This document shows positions 53,574 through 62,766 of a DNA stretch of 64,000 nucleotides, piece by piece. The stretch is from Bacillales bacterium UBA4951 (GTDB lineage: Bacteria > Bacillota_I > Bacilli_A > RFN20 > CAG-826): the NCBI GenBank assembly GCA_002397465.1, contig DHAP01000051.1:104770-168769 (forward strand), read 5' to 3'. The notes under the pieces are model-generated. The model was not told the DNA's origin and did not search any database. It saw only the letters and a program-made list of their open reading frames with translations. Both the position numbers and the translations under genes were made by a program. Position 1 is the first letter of the stretch. Each line of letters starts with the position of its first letter.

Positions 53574-54613
53574 GCTTTTCCTCCTTTAAGTATCGTGCGA
53601 CTGGCGAAGTACTCGTCGAGGGCATTGGCGAAGTACTTGAGAGTCGAGACGACTTTCTCATAATCCATTCGCGAAGGTCCTAGGACCGTAAGGCTTGCGC
53701 TGGGCTCCCCAGGGAGTTTCAACTCCGTGGAAACGATGGCAAGATCCTCAAGCCCCTCCTTTTTCGTGCCTATATGGACGCTGACTCCGGAGCCCACGTT
53801 CTTGGGGGCGGATTCGCACAAAGCTTTCTTCATCTTCTCAGGATCGTCTAGTAATGACAGCAACTGTCTAAGCTTTTCGGCGTCATTGGCGAACTCAGGC
53901 TGATTGTAGAGGGCATCTTTGCCATACATGTCGAGCCTTTCGGTCGCAAACTTCGCGAAGGCTTCGAGGATGGCGTCATAGATGACTTCCTGCCCCACCA
54001 CGTAATCGGTGAGAGCCGGACGCATCGCTTCCATTTTGCTGACTACCCCGGCGATCGGGGTTCCAGTGAGCCTGGCGTTCAACATGCTTACGGTCTTCAC
54101 GACCTCCTCGACGGGGATTGTGGGATCGACGATGAACGTCTTGTTTTCGACATAGCCTTTGTCTGTCACGAAGACCGCCGTGGCGGTCGTCGATGACAGA
54201 GGGATAATCTGAACCGATACAAGCTTTTCCTCGTTGATGCTGCTTCCGAGGACGACGGAGGCGAGGTTGGTCATATGAGAGAGAATCTCACAGCTTTCCT
54301 TCATGACCTCTTCGACGGATTTCGTTTTCTCGCCAAGGATGTTTTGCAAGGCGTTCTTGGCGTTTTCATCAACTGGGGCCTCCCTAAGATGGGAGACGTA
54401 ATATTGATAGCCTTTTTCCGATGGGACACGCCCGGATGAGGTATGGGTCTTTTCGAGATATCCATCCTGCTCCAAGGCATTCATCTCATTGCGGATCGTA
54501 GCGCTTGAGACTTCAAGCTTGTAGACCTCTTGAAGGGTCTTACTGCCGACCGGTTCGGCCGTTTTGATGAAATGTTCGACGATCAGCTTAAGGATTTCAT
54601 CACGTCTTGTCAT
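53525..54613 (-). CDS. hrcA: Heat-inducible transcription repressor HrcA
   Basis: 362 aa. N-terminal wHTH (ILKLIVEHFIKTAEPVGSKTLQE). First gene of hrcA-grpE-dnaK-dnaJ, preceded by CIRCE elements. Confidence 0.9.
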   Translation of the reverse strand: MTRRDEILKLIVEHFIKTAEPVGSKTLQEVYKLEVSSATIRNEMNALEQDGYLEKTHTSSGRVPSEKGYQYYVSHLREAPVDENAKNALQNILGEKTKSVEEVMKESCEILSHMTNLASVVLGSSINEEKLVSVQIIPLSSTTATAVFVTDKGYVENKTFIVDPTIPVEEVVKTVSMLNARLTGTPIAGVVSKMEAMRPALTDYVVGQEVIYDAILEAFAKFATERLDMYGKDALYNQPEFANDAEKLRQLLSLLDDPEKMKKALCESAPKNVGSGVSVHIGTKKEGLEDLAIVSTELKLPGEPSASLTVLGPSRMDYEKVVSTLKYFANALDEYFASRTILKGGKACQTPLKKQSKVSKKK

Positions 54614-54630
54614 TTCTTTTGCCTCCTCGT

Positions 54631-54657
54631 TTAGCAGTCCCTTTCCTTAGGTGCTAG
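54631..54657 (-). promoter_or_regulatory. Degenerate second CIRCE-like inverted repeat (CTAGCACCT-N9-GACTGCTAA)
   Basis: It lies downstream of the -10 in the hrcA leader. 14 of 18 arm positions match TTAGCACTC-N9-GAGTGCTAA. Confidence 0.55.
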
Positions 54658-54661
54658 CACC

Positions 54662-54689
54662 ATTATAATAGCGGGATTAGCACTGTCAA
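54662..54689 (-). promoter_or_regulatory. Sigma-A-type promoter of the hrcA operon (TTGACA-16-TATAAT)
   Basis: Both hexamers are perfect on the - strand. The -35 lies inside the CIRCE-1 spacer. Confidence 0.7.
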
Positions 54690-54703
54690 CATCAAAGTGC
54701 TAA
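54677..54703 (-). promoter_or_regulatory. CIRCE operator (TTAGCACTT-N9-CAGTGCTAA)
   Basis: 16 of 18 arm positions match the CIRCE consensus TTAGCACTC-N9-GAGTGCTAA. It overlaps the hrcA promoter. Confidence 0.85.
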
Positions 54704-54710
54704 ATACATG

Positions 54711-54732
54711 AAAAAAGCCGTCCCAGCGGCTT
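54711..54732 (-). terminator. Rho-independent terminator after the RDD-family gene
   Basis: AAGCCG-6-CGGCTT, with TTTTTT following on the - strand. Confidence 0.65.
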
Positions 54733-54748
54733 CTATTGGTTAAAAATT

Positions 54749-55162
54749 CTAGGCTCTTGTGTCGATGACGTTGGTGTTGGTCATCCTATCGAAAACGCTT
54801 CGTTCGGTGTGGTTTGATAGCATATAGACCGAATTGATGATGTCCATGGCCATGGCCCCGACCAAAAGACTCTTCAAGAGACTTTCGGTGAAACCGAGAC
54901 GATTTCCGCTCGGATGGCTAACTTTGATGCCAAATATGAGGTTTCCGACGGTTCTTCCGTTGCTGATCCAAAGAAAAAGCGTGTTGAAGATCACGAAGAA
55001 GAAATAGGAGACCAGAATTGAGAGAAGCACTGATAGATAAGCTGAGAAATCAGGGCCCAATAAAGAGACGAAAAGCCAGATGGCGAGGCCAAGGACGCAG
55101 TACGAGATGGCTTTGTCGACAAGCCAGCCCCCGATTCTTTTCTCATAGCGAGCGATATTCAT
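54749..55162 (-). CDS. RDD-family membrane protein
   Basis: RIGGWLVDKAI..., NGRTVGNLIFGIKV... and FDRMTNTNV fit the RDD-domain pattern. The start is uncertain: ATG at 55162, or the ORF-track TTG at 55180. Confidence 0.6.
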   Translation of the reverse strand: MNIARYEKRIGGWLVDKAISYCVLGLAIWLFVSLLGPDFSAYLSVLLSILVSYFFFVIFNTLFLWISNGRTVGNLIFGIKVSHPSGNRLGFTESLLKSLLVGAMAMDIINSVYMLSNHTERSVFDRMTNTNVIDTRA

Positions 55163-55166
55163 ATAT

Positions 55167-56267
55167 CTAATATAGCGCAAGGAGGAGCCTGTCTAAAAGA
55201 AGAATACCTTTGTCGGTCGCCTTAAATGAATCGGGGCCGAATACCGCCAAGCCTTCCTGAAGCGGCTTTTTCAAAGCCTCGTGGTAACGCTCAGCGAACT
55301 CAAAACCGAACCTTTCTTTGAATGATTTGAGCGAAAAGCCCTCTTCGAGGCGGAGATTGGTGAGGAAATAATCCTCAAGTTCGCCCTTTTCATCGAGGAC
55401 ATCCTTGCTCCCTTCTCTTCCCCCTTTTAGATATGAATCAAGGTTTTTTGTGTTGGTGTAACGGGTTTTGCCAAGATAACCTGAGGCCCCTAAACCAGCC
55501 CCATAGTATTGTTCGTCTTTCCAATAGACGAGGTTGTGTCGGCTTTTCTTGCCGTTTCTGGCGAAATTGCTGACTTCGTAACGGTCGTAACCGGCTTCGC
55601 GGAGCCTCTTGAGGATCAGCTCATATTGACCACCGGCCAGATTCTGATCCATCTCCTGGACTTTGTGCGAATAAAAATAAGTGCCTGGGGAGACGCTCAG
55701 ACAGTAAGTCGAGAGATGATCGACGTCCAGGGAGAGCAAAGAATCGATGTCTTTAGCCAAGGTGGCGTCGCTTTCATTAGGAAGTCCGTATATCAAATCG
55801 CATGAAATATTGTCGAATCCGGCTTTCTTCGCGTCCTCGACGGAACGTTTGGCCATCAAAAAGTCGTGCTTCCGCCCCATGAAAGCCAAAAGGGCGGGGT
55901 CGGAAGACTGGACTCCGATCGAAAGGCGATTGACCCCGCATTTCTTGATCAATAAGAGTTTTTCGAGGCTCAGGCTCTCAGGATTGCCTTCGAGGTCGAA
56001 CTCCCCACCTTCTTTTAGATAAGGATAAAGGAAAGAAAGAAGGGACTCCAAAAGAGATGAAGGCAAACAGCTCGGTGTCCCACCGCCGACGTAAATCGTG
56101 TTCAACGATCCCTTGCTTATGTTGAAAGAAAGGATCTCTTTCTCTAGTTGCTGGACATAAGGAAAAGCCCACTTCTCTTCGAAGAGGACCTTTGAAAAAT
56201 CGCAATATCGGCAAATATGCTCACAAAACGGGATGTGAACATATAGAGATTCAGCTTGGCTTTTCAC
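55167..56267 (-). CDS. hemW: Radical SAM heme chaperone HemW (HemN-like, oxygen-independent coproporphyrinogen oxidase family)
   Basis: 366 aa. LYVHIPFCEHICRYCDF (CxxxCxxC) and a HemN C-terminal domain. It occupies the B. subtilis hemN position between lepA and hrcA. Confidence 0.85.
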   Translation of the reverse strand: MKSQAESLYVHIPFCEHICRYCDFSKVLFEEKWAFPYVQQLEKEILSFNISKGSLNTIYVGGGTPSCLPSSLLESLLSFLYPYLKEGGEFDLEGNPESLSLEKLLLIKKCGVNRLSIGVQSSDPALLAFMGRKHDFLMAKRSVEDAKKAGFDNISCDLIYGLPNESDATLAKDIDSLLSLDVDHLSTYCLSVSPGTYFYSHKVQEMDQNLAGGQYELILKRLREAGYDRYEVSNFARNGKKSRHNLVYWKDEQYYGAGLGASGYLGKTRYTNTKNLDSYLKGGREGSKDVLDEKGELEDYFLTNLRLEEGFSLKSFKERFGFEFAERYHEALKKPLQEGLAVFGPDSFKATDKGILLLDRLLLALY

Positions 56268-56698
56268 TTCTTTTTGGAGTCGGATTCCTTGTCTTCGTCT
56301 TTGTCGAAGACCGCGGCTTCTTCCGGATGGGCTTTGGCGTATTCTTCCATGGCCTTGAGGGCTGCTTCGTCCTCAATCGGCCGGGTCGATCTATTCACTT
56401 CTTCTTTGACGATGTCCTGTTCGGCTGGTTTGTCGGTGATTTTCTCGCTCTTTTTCTCAAGTTCTTTGGAGGCTTCCTCCATCTTGGCTTGGGTTTCGGG
56501 GTCGACGTCCTGAACCATTCTCTTGACTTCTTCTTCCGCTATTTCCTTGTCGGTTTTCGGTTTGTCATGGCTTTGGAACGGCTTGACGTACTTCTTGAGA
56601 AGGATGACGGCCAAGACGATGGCACCGAAAATCAGCAAAAGCATCAAAATGATGAAGACAGGATTCTGGGTGAAGGAAGCGAATATTGTGGTAATCAT
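56264..56698 (-). CDS. Hypothetical single-pass membrane protein with a highly acidic, Lys/Glu-rich tail
   Basis: 144 aa. One N-terminal TM segment (VFIILMLLLIFGAIVLAVILL). ATGA overlaps at both ends (56695-56698 and 56264-56267). Confidence 0.5.
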   Translation of the reverse strand: MITTIFASFTQNPVFIILMLLLIFGAIVLAVILLKKYVKPFQSHDKPKTDKEIAEEEVKRMVQDVDPETQAKMEEASKELEKKSEKITDKPAEQDIVKEEVNRSTRPIEDEAALKAMEEYAKAHPEEAAVFDKDEDKESDSKKK

Positions 56699-58395
56699 TG
56701 ATTATCTCCTTTGCGGACAGGCGTATAGACGAACTTGTTCTTGACCTGCAGCTTGTTATAGTAATGCTCCGCGGCCAATTTATCCATAGATGTGCGGGCT
56801 GTTTCGTAAGCACAGCGTGTGAATTTCTTAAACTGTTGGATCGAGTAGTAACGCCCGACCGTGCAGTGATTGGCCAAGAACGAGGCTTGGTTTTTGTTCA
56901 AATTGGGGTTCGTTTCAAGCAAATATTGGATATATTCTTTGATTTCCTTGTCGTTGAACTGGTTTTCGGGGAGCTCGATGGAACGCTCCGCACTGCTATT
57001 AGCTTCCATTTCCTCAGTGGTGATGATTTTTACCTTCTGGGTCTTTGAAGCCTCTTTGACTTTCGGGGTTTCTGTTTCCGGAGCCACATCCCGCTCTTGG
57101 GAGCTTTCCATAGGAGCTGGGGCTTGCTCAACCGGCTCAGTCTCTTTGACGGGCTCGCTTCTTTCAACTGGGGCTTCTTCGGCCGGCTTAGCTTCTTCTT
57201 CCTCAGTCTTCTCAGGTTCGGGGGATGGAGCTTCTTCGTTATTCTCGAAAAGAGGAGGTTCTTTGGCGATTGGCTTCACGAAAGCCGGCTCCTCGTTTTT
57301 CTCCGATGGAGACTCGCTAGATTCGCTTGTCGCGGCGAATAAGTCTATCTGGACTTCATCGGGCTTCTTTTCGCTTAAGCGTCTTTCTTCTTCGGAAATC
57401 TGATGGAATTCAGGGCGGTAGGTATCGATCTTGATGGTCTTGACGCCTTCATTAAGGCTTTCAATGAGAGGGTCAAGGATGCCTAAGCAATAGAACAGCA
57501 AATAAGTAAGATCGCCGCTTCTTTGAGCCTCAAGGGTGTATTGCCTAAGCTTCGGGGTCTTGACGAATAACTGCTCAAGAGGGAGCAAGAAGGCCTCTTT
57601 GCCCATGTCGCCTTTGGAATATAAAGCCTTGGAGGCTAAGGAAGCCACTTCGATGTTGGCTTTCTCAAAAGGCTTCACGTAGTCAAAATAATAGAGGGTG
57701 AAGACCGCTTTGATGAAATAGGCCTCTTGGCTCGAATTAAGCCAGGAAAGGAACTCGCCCATCAAGGTCTCGATGAAAGCGTTGGGAGCGAATTCATAAT
57801 CGGGGTTATACATGTAACGGGCTTTTTCAGCCGAATTGTCGAAATCAAAGTTGCGGTAAAAGGAGGTAAGCTCACCCGAAGAGAGACATTTCGAAAGAGC
57901 CTCACCCAAGAAGTCCTCATCGACTTTGAGACCATTCGCGTTGTCCAAATAGTACTTAAGTGAGGTGAAATAGTCGATGACAGGCTTGTGGAAAGGGTTG
58001 TTTTCCTGATAGGTCCCGTTGAGGAGAGCCTTAAGGGAAAGCTCGCTCATCTGGGTGTTTTCGATGCTGGAGATCGCCTTCAAAGACGAGAGGAGGCAAA
58101 GCCTTTTGGCTTGTCCTTCTTCTTTGAGATCCATGATGCGTTTGATGGTCTGAATAAAGCGGTCAGCCTTCATCTCAAAAGAGGTGATCCTGGTCCTGAT
58201 CGCATCATCGTATGTATAAAAGAACTGGCGGTTTGTTATGGTCCTAAAAGGCAGAAGGACCTGATATTTTGCGCGGTATTCGACGATATCGTTCCAATAG
58301 CCGTCGATCAAAGACGTCCGCATGGCGCTTTGGACTTCGCTTTTGCTGAAGTATTGCTCATCTGTATAGAGCCGTGCCCATTCTTTTTCACTCAT
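56695..58395 (-). CDS. Fic-family-like protein with a degenerate active-site motif, a long acidic/Pro-rich linker and a C-terminal wHTH-like domain
   Basis: 566 aa. A Fic_N-like SSIEN block (AISSIENTQMSELSLKALLNG). The position of HPFx(D/E)GNGR reads KPFEKANIEV. Roughly 110 aa of E/P/K-rich low complexity follow. The family call is by eye only. Confidence 0.45.
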   Translation of the reverse strand: MSEKEWARLYTDEQYFSKSEVQSAMRTSLIDGYWNDIVEYRAKYQVLLPFRTITNRQFFYTYDDAIRTRITSFEMKADRFIQTIKRIMDLKEEGQAKRLCLLSSLKAISSIENTQMSELSLKALLNGTYQENNPFHKPVIDYFTSLKYYLDNANGLKVDEDFLGEALSKCLSSGELTSFYRNFDFDNSAEKARYMYNPDYEFAPNAFIETLMGEFLSWLNSSQEAYFIKAVFTLYYFDYVKPFEKANIEVASLASKALYSKGDMGKEAFLLPLEQLFVKTPKLRQYTLEAQRSGDLTYLLFYCLGILDPLIESLNEGVKTIKIDTYRPEFHQISEEERRLSEKKPDEVQIDLFAATSESSESPSEKNEEPAFVKPIAKEPPLFENNEEAPSPEPEKTEEEEAKPAEEAPVERSEPVKETEPVEQAPAPMESSQERDVAPETETPKVKEASKTQKVKIITTEEMEANSSAERSIELPENQFNDKEIKEYIQYLLETNPNLNKNQASFLANHCTVGRYYSIQQFKKFTRCAYETARTSMDKLAAEHYYNKLQVKNKFVYTPVRKGDNQ

Positions 58396-58403
58396 TTGAC
58401 TTT

Positions 58404-58409
58404 AGTATA
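58404..58409 (-). promoter_or_regulatory. TATACT 8 nt upstream of the Fic-like gene ATG, with TTGTAG 17 nt upstream (candidate leaderless promoter)
   Basis: The - strand reads TTGTAG-17-TATACTaaagtcaaATG, with no SD. Confidence 0.45.
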
Positions 58410-58486
58410 AATCGTGGTTGAGGCACCTACAAGCCCTATCACTAAAAAACTACTAACGAAATTGAATAATCTTAGTCTTGGTGGGT

Positions 58487-60304
58487 CTATTTATCGTCAT
58501 CGCCCAGTGACAGCAATGCCATGAAAGCCTCTTGTGGGACGTCCACCGACCCGATGGCTTTCATTCTCTTCTTGCCCTCTTTTTGCTTTTCGAGGAGCTT
58601 TTTCTTTCTTGAGATGTCGCCGCCATAGCATTTGGCCAAGACGTCTTTGCGCATCGACTTGATGTCGGCTCTTGCCACCACTTTGCCGTTTATGGCCGCC
58701 TGGACTGGCACTTCAAACTGCTGGGCTGGGATTATTTTCTTGAGGCGGCTCACGATGGTGATGCCTCTTTTGTAAGCATCCGGACGATAAACGACAGAGC
58801 TTAAAGCGTCGATGACGTCGCCATTCAAAAGGATGTCCATCTTGGAAAGCTCCGAGGCCCGATACTCATCGAGCTGATAATCCAAGGAAGCGTAGCCTTT
58901 CGTGGCGCTCTTCAAGGAATCGAAGAAGTTGAAGATTATCTCCGAAAGAGGGAGATAGTATTTGACGATTTGTCTGGTGTCATCGAAATAAACGAGGTCT
59001 TGGTAGACGCCTCTTCTTTCTTGGCAAAGCTTCATGACGGCCCCGACGTATTCCTTTGGGGTCATTATCGAAGCGTCCACGAAAGGCTCTTCGATGGCCT
59101 TGATTTTCGAGGGATCAGGCATTTCCGAAGGATTGTCGAGAGTGATGGTCTCGCCCGAGGTGAGCTCCACTTTGTACTTGACCGATGGAGCGGTCAAAAT
59201 GAGGTTGAGATTATATTCTCTTTCGAGTCTTTCCTGAACGACATCCATATGGAGCAAGCCAAGGAATCCGACACGGAAGCCAAAGCCCAAAGCCTGTGAG
59301 CTTTCCGGCTCATAAGTCAAGGAGGCATCGTTCAAAGACAGCTTTTCAAGAGCGTCCTTCAATTCACCGTATTTCTGCGATTCAACTGGGTATAAACCAC
59401 AATAAACCATCGGGTTTATCTTGCGATAGCCCGGAAGAGGCTCTTTGGCGGGGTTCTCAGATTGGGTGATGGTCTCGCCAGGGAAGACGTCTTTGATGTC
59501 TTTGATCGTCGCGGTCAGGTATCCGACCTCTCCGCAATCCAATCTCTTGGTGCTAAGTTCCTTTGGCGTCCTGATGCCGACTTCGGTGACCGTGTATTCT
59601 TTGTTGGCCTGCATGAGGCGGATTCTGTCGCCCACTTTGACGGAACCGTTTTTGATTCTGATCAAAACGACGACCCCACGGTATGAATCGTAATATGAAT
59701 CGAATATCAAAGCCTGAAGAGGGGCTTCGGGATCGCCTTCTGGAGGCGGGACGAGTTCCACTACTTTTTGGAGCATGTCCTGAACGCCTTGGCCGGTTTT
59801 GGCCGACACCAAGCAGCAATCGGCGGTCGAGATGCCGATTTTGTCCTGGACTTCTTCCTTGGCTAACTCTGGCATGGCGGAAGGAAGATCGATTTTGTTG
59901 ATGACCGGAATGATCATGAGGTCATTGTCGACGGCAAGATAAACGTTGGCCAAGGTTTGGGCCTGGACGCCTTGGGTGGCATCAACCACGAGCAAAGCGC
60001 CTTCGCAAGCCGCCAAGCTCCTGGAGACTTCGTAAGTAAAGTCGACGTGCCCCGGAGTATCGATAAGGTTGAAAATAAAGGTCTCACCTGTCTTTTCGTA
60101 TTTATAAGTCACGGTGACGGCGTTGAGTTTGATCGTGATGCCCCTCTCTCTTTCGAGGTCCATCGAGTCGAGCATCTGCTCCTTGATCTCTCTTTTGCTG
60201 ACAGCCCCGGTATCTTCGAGAATGCGGTCGCAAAGAGTGCTCTTACCGTGGTCGATATGAGCTATGACGGAGAAGTTACGGATGTGTTTTTGATCAAATG
60301 GCAT
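58487..60304 (-). CDS. lepA: Translation elongation factor 4 (LepA)
   Basis: 605 aa. [25 protein letters not shown], and the LepA-specific C-terminal domain. Confidence 0.97.
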   Translation of the reverse strand: MPFDQKHIRNFSVIAHIDHGKSTLCDRILEDTGAVSKREIKEQMLDSMDLERERGITIKLNAVTVTYKYEKTGETFIFNLIDTPGHVDFTYEVSRSLAACEGALLVVDATQGVQAQTLANVYLAVDNDLMIIPVINKIDLPSAMPELAKEEVQDKIGISTADCCLVSAKTGQGVQDMLQKVVELVPPPEGDPEAPLQALIFDSYYDSYRGVVVLIRIKNGSVKVGDRIRLMQANKEYTVTEVGIRTPKELSTKRLDCGEVGYLTATIKDIKDVFPGETITQSENPAKEPLPGYRKINPMVYCGLYPVESQKYGELKDALEKLSLNDASLTYEPESSQALGFGFRVGFLGLLHMDVVQERLEREYNLNLILTAPSVKYKVELTSGETITLDNPSEMPDPSKIKAIEEPFVDASIMTPKEYVGAVMKLCQERRGVYQDLVYFDDTRQIVKYYLPLSEIIFNFFDSLKSATKGYASLDYQLDEYRASELSKMDILLNGDVIDALSSVVYRPDAYKRGITIVSRLKKIIPAQQFEVPVQAAINGKVVARADIKSMRKDVLAKCYGGDISRKKKLLEKQKEGKKRMKAIGSVDVPQEAFMALLSLGDDDK

Positions 60305-60356
60305 AAATTCGCATAGCGATTATAAACTAAGTGGGCCCGTGCGCCTATAGAAAACT

Positions 60357-62753
60357 CTACGATTCTTTGGCTTTTTTTACGCTTCTGGTTCGTTTTAAAG
60401 TCGGCTTGTCATTTTTGTAAAACTCCGCCAGCACCGTTTTGACGTCATCGGGGCATGTGGCCACCTCATAACCTTTCCAGGCTCTTGAGAAAAGATCGCG
60501 GTATTCGTTCATCATATAACGGTCATCGATAAGCAAGGCCGCTCCCCTGTCATTCTCGCTTCTTATGAGACGCCCGACCGCCTGCATGACTTTGTTCATG
60601 CCCGGATTCATATAGGCATATTCGTAGCCATGATGGTTGACGCTTTGGAAGTAGGATTTGATCAGTTCTCTTTCGTGGCAGATCTGAGGGAGCCCTATCC
60701 CGACGACAGCCACGCCGATCAAGCGGTCGGCCTGTAAGTCAATCCCTTCGCTGAACGAGCCGCCGATGATGAGCAAACCGATTGTCGTTTTGGTCGGATT
60801 AGTGAGGAATCTCGAGAGGAATAGGCATTTTTCGTCATCATTCATATCCCTTTCTTGAACATAGACATCGGCATCGGGGAACGTTAGTTCGGGGAGGATG
60901 TTCTCAAGGTATTCATAGGAAGGGAAATAGATGAAATAATTGCCCAGTTTCGAAGAGACGAAACTCTCTAAGTATTTGGCGGTCTCCTTGTAGGTCTTGG
61001 CCCGGTCCTTGTATCTAGTCGAGACCAAGGGGGCCAAAATGAGATCGAAGTTCTCCTTCGGGAACGGAGAGGGAAGCAAAAGATAGGGGGCGTCGTGGTT
61101 TTGGATTATGGCGTCCATGTAATAAGCGATCGGCGAGAGGGTGGCTGAGAAGATGATGCGTCCCTTCACAAGATTCAATGAGGACGAGAGCATCCTTGAG
61201 GGATCCAAGCAGAAGAGATGAAGGACGTAATCCGTCCCCTCCCTTTGGCCGAATAAGGCGGTATCGGAAGCGAAGTTCTCGTTCAGGAAAAGAAAGCGAT
61301 GGGCTTCCCTGGATAGGTCTTTATAGACTTCGCTGAGTTTCGGGTGGGCGGTTTTGTTGAGGGAAAGGGAAGCCTTTTGGAGGGAGTTCAAGGACGAGAT
61401 AACGCTTTTTGGGACCTCAGTGAAGCTTGTGAGAGACTCATTGCCACTCAAATCAAAGGCCCGAAGGCTCTTTTCGAGCTTTCCGATGGCATTCTTCAGC
61501 TTGGGGTTCTTGAAATGCGAAAGGCTCTTTTTGGCCATGCGGCATTTTTCAGCGCTTAAAGAGGCTGAATACATGTCACGGCCCCTGTCGATGAGGTTAT
61601 GGGCCTCGTCTATGAGAACGAGATATTCCGAGGGATCGGCGTCTTCCCCGAAGAAACGCTGCAAATACACGAGCGGGTCGAAGAAATAGTTATAGTCGCA
61701 GATTATCACGTCGCAATACAAAGAAAGATCAAGCTGAAGCTCAAAGGGGCACATCGCATGATGGATGGCCAAATCTTTGACGTATTCTGGGTTCAGACGT
61801 TCGCCGCTTCTAAGAACCTCAGTCAGGACTTTTCGGATTTTCGTGTAATAGTCTTTGGCAAAATGACATTCTTCGGGATTGCAGGCGCTGCCGGAAGAAA
61901 GGCACATCTTATCTTTGGAGGTCAGCATGATGTCGCGAGCGCAAAGGCCTTTCTCGTAAAGCCGCCCCATCGCCTCGTAAGCGGCGATTCGGCCGCTGGT
62001 CTTGGCGGTCAGATAAAAAATCTTTTTGTTTGTGCTGTCGCCAAAAGCCTTGATTGAGGGATATAAGGCCGACATGGTCTTGCCAATCCCCGTCGGGGCC
62101 TCGCAGAAGAAGGTACCTCCGTTTTTGGCCACCGAATAGCAATACTTGGCCATCTCGCGTTGGCCATCGCGGAATTTCTGAAACGGGAACGGCAGAGTTA
62201 CGGCACTCTTGTTCCTTTTGGCCTCATGTTTGAATTCCTCGCCATAAAAATCTAGATACTCATTAAGGTATCCGTAAATCTTTTTCTCGAGTTCATCGAA
62301 CTCATAAACCTTTTCGTGGCGCGATTGCTCATCTTTGATTTGAGAGATGTAGGTTAGGCGAATGCCAATCTTTTGAAGATTGTTCTCTTTGGCATACATG
62401 TAGGCATAGCATTCGGCTTGCCCTAAATGCCAATCTTTTTGCTGGTTGTAGAAATCCTCAACTGGGATCACGGTGCTTTTGATCTCGTCGACGATTGGAA
62501 AAGGCCCGCCGACGATAATGCCATCAGTCCTTCCTTCTAGGGAGATGGTCGCTTCTTTTAGCGTGAAAGTCTCTTTTAATGGAACCTCGGAAAGGTATTC
62601 ATGCCCCTGCTTCGCCTGGAACGAGGCGTGGATCTTGCTCCCCAAAAGCATGGTGTCTTGGTTGTAAATACGGTTATCGATGTCGCCCCTTCTAAGTAAA
62701 AAGTCCACCAGTTGATGGACTGATAAACTTATGAACCGTTTCTTTGCCGCCAT
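60357..62753 (-). CDS. DinG/XPD-family Fe-S helicase with an N-terminal PD-(D/E)XK (RecB/Cas4-like) nuclease domain
   Basis: 798 aa. N-terminus: E...D (EGRTDGI)...ExK (VDEIKS)...QxxxY (QAECYAY). Helicase: Walker A (APTGIGKT), four Cys (C-x8-C-x4-C...C), DEAH (LIDEAHNL), and C-terminal helicase motifs (GSFSEGID, QAVGRLIR). Confidence 0.75.
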   Translation of the reverse strand: MAAKKRFISLSVHQLVDFLLRRGDIDNRIYNQDTMLLGSKIHASFQAKQGHEYLSEVPLKETFTLKEATISLEGRTDGIIVGGPFPIVDEIKSTVIPVEDFYNQQKDWHLGQAECYAYMYAKENNLQKIGIRLTYISQIKDEQSRHEKVYEFDELEKKIYGYLNEYLDFYGEEFKHEAKRNKSAVTLPFPFQKFRDGQREMAKYCYSVAKNGGTFFCEAPTGIGKTMSALYPSIKAFGDSTNKKIFYLTAKTSGRIAAYEAMGRLYEKGLCARDIMLTSKDKMCLSSGSACNPEECHFAKDYYTKIRKVLTEVLRSGERLNPEYVKDLAIHHAMCPFELQLDLSLYCDVIICDYNYFFDPLVYLQRFFGEDADPSEYLVLIDEAHNLIDRGRDMYSASLSAEKCRMAKKSLSHFKNPKLKNAIGKLEKSLRAFDLSGNESLTSFTEVPKSVISSLNSLQKASLSLNKTAHPKLSEVYKDLSREAHRFLFLNENFASDTALFGQREGTDYVLHLFCLDPSRMLSSSLNLVKGRIIFSATLSPIAYYMDAIIQNHDAPYLLLPSPFPKENFDLILAPLVSTRYKDRAKTYKETAKYLESFVSSKLGNYFIYFPSYEYLENILPELTFPDADVYVQERDMNDDEKCLFLSRFLTNPTKTTIGLLIIGGSFSEGIDLQADRLIGVAVVGIGLPQICHERELIKSYFQSVNHHGYEYAYMNPGMNKVMQAVGRLIRSENDRGAALLIDDRYMMNEYRDLFSRAWKGYEVATCPDDVKTVLAEFYKNDKPTLKRTRSVKKAKES

Positions 62754-62759
62754 GAAGAC

Positions 62760-62765
62760 ATTATA
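62760..62765 (-). promoter_or_regulatory. TATAAT 6 nt upstream of the DinG-like helicase ATG, fused to the T-tract of the fmt terminator
   Basis: The - strand reads ...GGCGCCTTTTTTCTTTATAATgtcttcATG. No SD and no recognisable -35. Confidence 0.35.
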
Positions 62766-62766
62766 A

